NCBI GenBank assembly: GCA_051749325.1
Contig: JBNJIL010000013.1
Coordinates: forward strand, 1,294 to 65,293
Length of the DNA: 64,000 nucleotides
Reading direction: 5' to 3'
Source of the DNA: Pseudomonadota bacterium
GTDB taxonomy: Bacteria > Pseudomonadota > Gammaproteobacteria > Pseudomonadales > Halomonadaceae
Part shown: positions 21,142 through 28,011 of the stretch, piece after piece
Position numbering within the stretch: the stretch's first letter is position 1
Layout of the letters: each line of letters starts with the position of its first letter
Notes under the pieces: generated by a model
The model's database searches: none
Told to the model about the DNA's origin: nothing
What the model saw: the letters and a program-made list of their open reading frames with translations, nothing else
Position numbers and translations under genes: made by a program

Positions 21142-21522
21142 ATGACCCTCACCATGAAATCCGTGCTGCTTGCCACTCTCTGCACCGGCCTGCTGGCCGG
21201 CACCGCCCAGGCCGATGAGCGCCCCGACCACTTCGAGGGCGAGAGCGTCGACACCCTCGCCGAGGCCGTGACCCAGTTCTCCGACACCAACCGAGAGCTC
21301 GCCGACCTGCTCGCCCGGGACGACCTGAGCAACGCCGACCTCGGCACCATCCACGAGCTCAGCTATACCCTGGAAAACGCCCTGGCGAAGATCGATGAAG
21401 CGGTCGACACCATGGCCGTGGACCTGGAAGAGGTACATCTGGGCTCCGAGAGCGTTGATCACGAGCGCGTGCGCAGCAACGGCGCGACCTACCTCGAGGC
21501 CGCCCAGACGCTGGTGCCCTGA
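21142..21522 (+). CDS. hypothetical secreted protein (126 aa)
   Basis: ORF track 21034..21522. ATG 21142 has AGGAGA upstream. Signal peptide MTLTMKSVLLATLCTGLLAGTAQA. The mature part is predicted helical and acidic. Confidence 0.55.
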   Translation: MTLTMKSVLLATLCTGLLAGTAQADERPDHFEGESVDTLAEAVTQFSDTNRELADLLARDDLSNADLGTIHELSYTLENALAKIDEAVDTMAVDLEEVHLGSESVDHERVRSNGATYLEAAQTLVP

Positions 21523-21555
21523 TACCCTGCCGGGCGAACCTGTCGCCGACACGAT

Positions 21556-21587
21556 GCGAGCGGGCCCTGTCGACAGGGCCCGCTCGC
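21556..21587. terminator. perfect 32-nt palindrome / stem-loop
   Basis: GCGAGCGGGCCCTGTCGACAGGGCCCGCTCGC gives a 14-bp stem with a TCGA loop, 34 nt after the stop at 21522. No T-tract follows. Confidence 0.5.
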
Positions 21588-21710
21588 ACGCCGTTCCGCC
21601 CCCGGACACTCGCTATGGCGTCATCCCGGTCTACGAAATGTCACCGGCGACAGGCTATGATGGGTAACACGATTTGCTGCAACGCAAAAATCACCATCGG
21701 AGCTGCCGAC

Positions 21711-23135
21711 ATGGATGCGCCAAACGACGACCGCTATATCGAGAACCGCACCTTCGACGAGATCCAGGTGGGCGACGAGGCACACCTCGAGAAGCGCCTC
21801 ACCCTGGATGACATCAAGCTGTTTGCCATCATGTCCGGGGACGTCAATCCCGCCCATGTGGACGACGATTTCGCGCGCAGCTCCCGCTTCCAGGAGGTCA
21901 TCGCCCACGGCATGTGGGGTGGCGCGCTGATCTCCACGGTGCTGGGCACCCAGCTGCCCGGTCCCGGCACCCTCTATCTGGGACAGACGCTGAGCTTTCG
22001 CGCGCCGGTCGCCCTGGGCGACGTGCTCAAGGTGAGCGTGCGCGTCAAGACCAAGGACGAGGAACGCACCCAGCTGATCCTCGACTGCCGCTGCGAGAAC
22101 CAGAAGGGCAAGGTAGTCATCGAGGGCGAGGCCAGGGTACTCGCGCCCAGGGAGAAGATCCGCCGCCCCCGCACCGTGCTGCCCACGGTGCGCCTGGCCG
22201 AGCGCGGCCGTCTGCACGAGATCCTCTCCGCCGCCGACCATCCCCCCGCCATCCCCGTGGCCGTGGTGCACCCGGTGGACGATGTCTCGCTGACCGGCGC
22301 CGTGGCCGCCGCCCACCATGGCCTGATCATCCCCCTGCTGGTGGGTCCGGCGGCCAGGATCCGCGCCGCGGCCGATGCCGCCGAGGTCGACATCAGCGAG
22401 TTCGAGCTGATCGACACGCCGCACAGCCATGCCGCCGCGGAACGCGCCGTGGCGCTGGTGCGGGAAGGGCGCGCCGAGGCCCTCATGAAGGGCGCCCTGC
22501 ATACCGACGAACTGATGCACGAGGTCCTCAAGCGCGACGGCGGCCTGCGTACCGAGCGCAGCATCAGCCACGTGATGGCCTTCGACGTGCCGACCTATCC
22601 GCGGCCGCTGTTCATTACCGACGCCGCCATCAATATCACGCCGGATCTCGATCAGAAGCGCGACATCATCTGTAACGCCATGGAGCTGGCCCACGCCCTG
22701 GGCAATCGCAACCCCAAGGTCGCCATTCTCTCCGCGGTGGAAACCATCAACCCGCGGATCCCTTCGACCCTGGATGCCGCCGCCCTGTGCAAGATGGCCG
22801 ACCGCGGCCAGATCCAGGGTGGCACCCTGGACGGCCCCCTGGCCTTCGACAACGCCATCTCCGAGAGCGCGGCGCGCACCAAGGGGATCGAGTCTCCGGT
22901 CGCCGGCCGGGCGGATATCCTGGTCGCACCGGACCTGGAAGCCGCCAACATGCTGATGAAGCAGCTCACCTACCTGGCCGATGCCACCGGCGCCGGCCTG
23001 GTGCTGGGCGCCCGGGTTCCCATCATCCTGACCAGCCGCGCCGACGAAGCCATCACCCGCATGGCCTCCTGCGCCCTGGCCCTGCTCGCGACCGACCACC
23101 GCAGGCAACTGGGCCTGCCCGGCCAGGACAACTGA
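21711..23135 (+). CDS. bifunctional MaoC-like enoyl-CoA hydratase / phosphate acetyl(butyryl)transferase
   Basis: N-terminal hot-dog MaoC segment (DIKLFAIMSGDVNPAHVD...IAHGMWG). C-terminal PTA/PTB domain (ILSAVETINP...DILVAPDLEAANML). ATG 21711 with GGAG upstream. Confidence 0.8.
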   Translation: MDAPNDDRYIENRTFDEIQVGDEAHLEKRLTLDDIKLFAIMSGDVNPAHVDDDFARSSRFQEVIAHGMWGGALISTVLGTQLPGPGTLYLGQTLSFRAPVALGDVLKVSVRVKTKDEERTQLILDCRCENQKGKVVIEGEARVLAPREKIRRPRTVLPTVRLAERGRLHEILSAADHPPAIPVAVVHPVDDVSLTGAVAAAHHGLIIPLLVGPAARIRAAADAAEVDISEFELIDTPHSHAAAERAVALVREGRAEALMKGALHTDELMHEVLKRDGGLRTERSISHVMAFDVPTYPRPLFITDAAINITPDLDQKRDIICNAMELAHALGNRNPKVAILSAVETINPRIPSTLDAAALCKMADRGQIQGGTLDGPLAFDNAISESAARTKGIESPVAGRADILVAPDLEAANMLMKQLTYLADATGAGLVLGARVPIILTSRADEAITRMASCALALLATDHRRQLGLPGQDN

Positions 23136-23151
23136 GACGAAGGAGCCCACG

Positions 23152-24345
23152 ATGCGCCATATCCTGACCCTCAACAGCGGCTCGTCCAGCCTCAAGTTTG
23201 CCCTCTATCCGCTGGAAGGGGCCGCATCGCTCGACACCCTGACGCCCCGCTATCGCGGCAAGTTTGCCGGGCTGAACGGCGGCACGCCCCGTTTTACGCT
23301 GAAGGATGGAGAGGGCAAACCCGCGCAGGTCGACATGGGTGAGCTGCCCGAACGGCTCGACCTGCCCGGCGCCACGGCGCGGCTGCTGCACTGGCTCGAC
23401 AACCTGCCCGGTCTCTCGCTCGCCGTGGTGGGACACCGCGTGGTGCATGGCGGCCGCCACTACCACCACCCCGTGGTGCTGACAGCCGAGATCAGCGCAG
23501 AACTGCAGGCACTCGACGCCCTGGCGCCACTGCACCAGCCCTTCTGCCTGGCGCCCGTGGCGCCGCTCGCCGAGCGCTACCCCGACCTGCCCCAGGTGGC
23601 CTGCTTCGACACCGCCTTCCACGCCGACCAGCCCAAGGTGGCCCGCCAGTTCGCCCTGCCTCGCGAGATGACCGAGCGCGGCCTGATTCGCTACGGCTTC
23701 CACGGCCTCTCCTACGACTACATCAACCAGGTGCTGCCCCGTTACCTGGGCGAGGCACGCCACGAACGGGTGATCGTGGCTCACCTGGGCAACGGCTCCA
23801 GCCTGTGCGCCATCCACCAGGGCACCAGCATCGCCTCGACCATGGGCTTCACTGCCATGGAGGGCATGCCCATGGGCACCCGCAGCGGCAGCCTCGACCC
23901 GGGGCTGGTGCTGCACCTGATCCAGCAGGAGGGCATGGCGGTCGACGAGGTCAGCGATCTGCTCTACAAGCGCTCCGGCCTGCTCGGGGTGTCCGGCATC
24001 AGCGGCGACATGCGCGAGCTGCTCTCAAGCCCCGCGCCCGAGGCCCGCGACGCGGTGGCGCTCTATGCCTACCGCGCCGTGAGGGAGATCGGCAGCCTGG
24101 CTGCCGCCCTCGGCGGCCTCGACCAGCTGGTCTTCACCGCCGGCATCGGCGAGCGCGCCAGCCCGGTGCGCGAGGCCATCTGCCGCGGCTGCGCCTGGCT
24201 GGGCCTCACGCTCGACGCCGACGCCAACCGCCAGGATGCCCGCCGCATCAGCACCGCCGACAGCCGTGTCGGGGCCTGGGTCATTCCCACCGACGAGGAG
24301 CGCATGATCGCCTGGTACAGCGCCCGGGAGAGCGGTCAGGCCTGA
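23152..24345 (+). CDS. ackA: acetate/propionate kinase
   Basis: 397 aa with N-terminal ILTLNSGSSSLKFALY, HRVVHGG, and GFHGLSY motifs of the AckA/TdcD family. Confidence 0.9.
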   Translation: MRHILTLNSGSSSLKFALYPLEGAASLDTLTPRYRGKFAGLNGGTPRFTLKDGEGKPAQVDMGELPERLDLPGATARLLHWLDNLPGLSLAVVGHRVVHGGRHYHHPVVLTAEISAELQALDALAPLHQPFCLAPVAPLAERYPDLPQVACFDTAFHADQPKVARQFALPREMTERGLIRYGFHGLSYDYINQVLPRYLGEARHERVIVAHLGNGSSLCAIHQGTSIASTMGFTAMEGMPMGTRSGSLDPGLVLHLIQQEGMAVDEVSDLLYKRSGLLGVSGISGDMRELLSSPAPEARDAVALYAYRAVREIGSLAAALGGLDQLVFTAGIGERASPVREAICRGCAWLGLTLDADANRQDARRISTADSRVGAWVIPTDEERMIAWYSARESGQA

Positions 24346-24404
24346 CCCGGAGCAACGGCGCCCGACCAGGCGACGCATGCCCACCCTCGCCTGACGCCCT
24401 GGCC

Positions 24405-25001
24405 CTACCCCGCCAGCGCCTCCTCCACCAGCGCGCGCGACTCGGCCGTCATGGGCAGGCTCAGCGCCAGTGCATGAGCCTGCGGTGACATCTTCTTCCA
24501 GGTCATCTGCACGATGCGGATCAGGTGGTCGTGGTCGATCTGCCTGGCGAAATCGCCGAAGTAGTTCTCCAGGAAGACCAGGCAGGCGCAGTCCTCCACC
24601 GCCTGGGTGCCCGGGTCGCGTCCCAGCCCCTGCTTGCGGATCATGCGTGCCACGGCCTCGGCCGCGTCGGCGGAATAGCCCGCCGCCTGCATCAGCCGCG
24701 CCGTGGTGTCACCGGCACGCTTGCCCTGATCGCGCCGCCAGGTGAGATACCCCACCCGGCCCTCGGGATAGTCGCTGCGCGGCACCTTCCAGCGCTGCAG
24801 GTGCTGACCGCGCACCGCCAGGCGCACCAGCTCGTCGGGCGCGTCATGGAGCCTTTCCAGCCAGGCACTCATGCGCCCGGCATGCCACAGCTCCCGGGGG
24901 ACCCGCTCGCCATCCACGTCCACGTGGCGAGGGTCTTCCGCGTGCAGTGCATCCAGGGCTGCCAGCGCATCGTGGAAGGGGGAAGTCTCGCAAGGGGGCA
25001 T
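24405..25001 (-). CDS. conserved hypothetical protein, DUF4202-like
   Basis: 198 aa. The pattern RSDYPEGRVGYLTWRRDQGKRAG...EDCACLVFLENYF resembles the DUF4202 family as I recall it. Confidence 0.5.
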   Translation of the reverse strand: MPPCETSPFHDALAALDALHAEDPRHVDVDGERVPRELWHAGRMSAWLERLHDAPDELVRLAVRGQHLQRWKVPRSDYPEGRVGYLTWRRDQGKRAGDTTARLMQAAGYSADAAEAVARMIRKQGLGRDPGTQAVEDCACLVFLENYFGDFARQIDHDHLIRIVQMTWKKMSPQAHALALSLPMTAESRALVEEALAG

Positions 25002-25115
25002 GGGACCCTCCTCTATCGGTGGCGTCTTTCGGCCTGAACATTCATCGCCTGCCTACAGCATAACCTGCCCGGCCCCTTGGCCGCGTAACGCAACAGCGCT
25101 CTCCTTGCCCTGTGC

Positions 25116-26171
25116 CTAGCCGCCGCACAGCAGGCCGCTGCCGCGGATATCGGTCAGTCGCCCGTCACCGATACCCGAGATCCGCGTGAGCTCGCCGGGC
25201 TCCCGCCACGGCCGCCCGGCGATGATATCAGCGGCGCGCGCCGGCCCCACATGGGGCAGCTCCGCCAGCCGGCGCGCACTGCTGTCGTTGAGATCGATGC
25301 AGCGCGTGCGTGGTTGACTCGCCAGCAGGGTACCGCCGGTGGCAGGGCTCGCCACCAGCGCCGCGCCGTTGAGCGCCAGGTACACCGGCGCATGGTCCGA
25401 GACCCGGTCGCGAGCCGCCTGGTGCGCCAGGGGCAGCAGCTCGGAAAAGCGCAGGATGCCCTGCTCGTCGGGGGCCAGCCGGCCGGCGTCGTACCAGAGG
25501 TTATCGTAGAGGTTGGCATACTCGCCCGCCGTGGTGGCCAGCGTGGAGGCACCCTCGGTCACCGCCGGCACCGCGCCCGCCGCACGCAGCGGTGCCCATG
25601 CATCGTGCTCGGGCGCCAGGTTGAAGTCGCCCGCCAGCAGCCGCGGCGTTTCCGGGTACGTCTCACCCAGCCACTGCCAGTAGTCGGCCAGTGCCTCGAC
25701 CTCCGGCAGACGATTGCTCACGCTGTCGCCGTAGACCACATGAACCGTCGCCAGGGTGAACAGGTCGCCGGCTTCCACGTCGCGAAAGCGCGCCGAGTAG
25801 GGCTCACGGGCGAAGACATCGTCACGGTCGATGAACACCACGGCGCCATCCTCATAAGCCACCTCGCGCTCTCGCCACAGAAAGCCGTAATGCTCCTCGT
25901 AGGAGCTGCGCCCCAGGGCGTGGCTGGCCATGGAGGACCAGGGCTCTCCCGACACCTCCTCCAGGCGCGCCTCGAGCCACGCCAGGGCCGCCGGGTCCAT
26001 GAGCTCCTGCACGGCCAGCAGATCGAAATGGTTGGCCACATGGGCCACCTGCGGCATGGCCTTGTCGTTGTTCCAGCCCAGGTGCTTGATGTTCCAGCTG
26101 CCGACGAGCACATCGGCCTGGACGAAAAGGGGAACCAGAGCCAGCAGACCGGCGAGCCTGATACGGGGCAT
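25116..26171 (-). CDS. secreted endonuclease/exonuclease/phosphatase (DNase I-like) family nuclease with C-terminal ComEA-type helix-hairpin-helix
   Basis: Signal peptide MPRIRLAGLLALVPLFVQA. EEP motifs (GSWNIKHLG, LAVQEL, GDFN, SDHAPV). C-terminal LAELPHVGPARAADIIAGRPW...ISGIG HhH. Confidence 0.8.
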   Translation of the reverse strand: MPRIRLAGLLALVPLFVQADVLVGSWNIKHLGWNNDKAMPQVAHVANHFDLLAVQELMDPAALAWLEARLEEVSGEPWSSMASHALGRSSYEEHYGFLWREREVAYEDGAVVFIDRDDVFAREPYSARFRDVEAGDLFTLATVHVVYGDSVSNRLPEVEALADYWQWLGETYPETPRLLAGDFNLAPEHDAWAPLRAAGAVPAVTEGASTLATTAGEYANLYDNLWYDAGRLAPDEQGILRFSELLPLAHQAARDRVSDHAPVYLALNGAALVASPATGGTLLASQPRTRCIDLNDSSARRLAELPHVGPARAADIIAGRPWREPGELTRISGIGDGRLTDIRGSGLLCGG

Positions 26172-26302
26172 CCTTCCTCCGCGCAAAAGGCTGCCATCCT
26201 GGCGGCACAGGCTCGATTGATCAATGTCTTATCAAGGGGAAGGCGGCAACTTCAGCGCAGGGTGAGGTCGAGCAGGGGCCTCTCGGGCCTGCGCTGCGCC
26301 GT

Positions 26303-27388
26303 TCAGGCTCCTCCTTCCGTGGGCGGCGGCAAGCACTCGGCGCGCACCAGCGTCGGCGGCCGGTAGCCCTCATCCGTCCGCCAACGCCGCCATACCGAAG
26401 GATCCACGCTGACGCCCACGGCCGAACGCCCCTCGGGGTCGCGATCATAACGGCGATGGTGCCGGCCACTGCCGCCACGCTCGCGCAAGGCGTGATACCA
26501 GCGATAGAGCCCCTTCATGAACTCGGCGTAGGAATCACGCGGATCGGCGCGATACGCCTCGCCAGGCACTGACGACACGCGCAGCGCCAGCCCCGCCGCC
26601 CTCGCCCGATCAGCCAGCCACGCATAGGCCAGGCCGGCCAGCGGATCGCGCTCATCGCCCGGCATCGTGTAGCCACCGCCCACATTGGCATGGGCCCCGA
26701 TGAACCAGCGCTGCTCCACCTCCCACTGGGAAGGCTTGCGCGCGCCCTCGGGATGCGTCCAGAGCGTCACGTCATAGGCCCGGCGATGCTCATCCAGCGC
26801 CATCGCCTGATAGGCCCGACGCACGATGGAGCAGAGCTCGGTATCGTGCCAGGCGAAGTGCCCGTGCTTGGAGAAGTTGGTGCCGGGAATCCCCAGCGCC
26901 CCGACGGTATCCCATACCCCGATGAAATCCACCGTCACCTCGCGGCTGTAGCGCTCACGAAACCGCTGGCACACCGCATCGCCGGGGGCCAGCGTCTTGT
27001 CACGGTAGAGCGACTCCGCCTGCTTGATCAGCGCCGGCGTGGCAATGCGCAGCAGCCCGCACTTGCGCAGCATGCCCACCAGACTGCGCGCCGTGTAGGC
27101 CCCACGGCTGAAACCGAAGATGAAGAGCTCCGTCTCCGCCGTGTAGTGGCGTGCCAGCCAGTCATAGCCATTGCGCAGGTTGCGGCTCAACCGCCAGCCG
27201 AAGGCCCCGCCGAGCAGGCGCTCCCAGCGCCGCGTCCCCACGCCCGGCTCATAGAAGAAGCGCTGGCGAACGCCGTGCTCATCGTGGTCCTCAAGGTGCC
27301 GTGCCAGGTGGTAGACATTGGTGCGATCCTGGGGATCGTTCCAGGTCCCGTCGAACAGCAGGATCAGGCGTTGTGAAGGATCAGACAT
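26303..27388 (-). CDS. DUF2235 alpha/beta-hydrolase (Tle1-phospholipase-like) protein
   Basis: LILLFDGTWND N-terminus, nucleophile elbow GFSRGA, GVWDTVGALG. ATG 27388 is preferred over 27499. Confidence 0.75.
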   Translation of the reverse strand: MSDPSQRLILLFDGTWNDPQDRTNVYHLARHLEDHDEHGVRQRFFYEPGVGTRRWERLLGGAFGWRLSRNLRNGYDWLARHYTAETELFIFGFSRGAYTARSLVGMLRKCGLLRIATPALIKQAESLYRDKTLAPGDAVCQRFRERYSREVTVDFIGVWDTVGALGIPGTNFSKHGHFAWHDTELCSIVRRAYQAMALDEHRRAYDVTLWTHPEGARKPSQWEVEQRWFIGAHANVGGGYTMPGDERDPLAGLAYAWLADRARAAGLALRVSSVPGEAYRADPRDSYAEFMKGLYRWYHALRERGGSGRHHRRYDRDPEGRSAVGVSVDPSVWRRWRTDEGYRPPTLVRAECLPPPTEGGA

Positions 27389-27488
27389 GGACACCCCCTG
27401 TTCATCCGACGCACACCGCCCCGGGAAAACATTGCCGCATCGGATACCCTCAAGGTAGACCGGTTCGACAGGCATGGAAGGAGGCCGC

Positions 27489-27806
27489 ATGAAGTACATC
27501 TTCGAGGTACATATCCGCGAGGGCTATACCGCCGAGGACTATGCCGATGCCTGGGTGCGCGCCAGCGAGCTCATCCAGCAGGCACCGGGCGCGCGAGGTA
27601 CCGAGCTGCACCGCAAGATCGACGACCCGACCACCCTGATCGCCATCGCCCACTGGGACAGCAAGGCCAGCCGCGACGCCATGGAGGCCAGGCCCGCCCC
27701 GGCGGTCAAGGAGATCATCAAGAGTGCCGCGCCCTTCTGCGAGATCCGCGTGATCGGCGAGTTCGAGGAACCGGAATGGGTGGTAATGCCGCCCGGAAGG
27801 CGGTGA
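27489..27806 (+). CDS. antibiotic-biosynthesis-monooxygenase (ABM/Dabb-fold) family protein
   Basis: 105 aa. MKYIFEVHIREGYTAEDY...IAIAHWDSKASRDAM is typical of the ferredoxin-like ABM fold. Confidence 0.6.
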   Translation: MKYIFEVHIREGYTAEDYADAWVRASELIQQAPGARGTELHRKIDDPTTLIAIAHWDSKASRDAMEARPAPAVKEIIKSAAPFCEIRVIGEFEEPEWVVMPPGRR

Positions 27807-28011
27807 ACTGCCTGGGAGGCTGCGAAGAACGCTGGCCAATATCAAGAATCCTTGGCGGACTGGCGTCACGCCATATCTTGGAAAAATGGCGCATCGACGG
27901 AGACGCCGTAGGCGCAGTCAGCACCAGCACAACGGGATAATGGCAGCCCCTGGTTTGCGGGGTAACGGGGCACGGCCTGAGGCGAGGAATGCCACGCGGA
28001 CGGACCGCAGC

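Noticed and set aside
27951-27983. Possible degenerate extra CRISPR repeat (GTTTGCGGGGTAACGGGGCACGG...) left of the first repeat.
   Set aside because: Only about one third of positions match the repeat when aligned. The implied spacer of 28 bp is also shorter than all the others.
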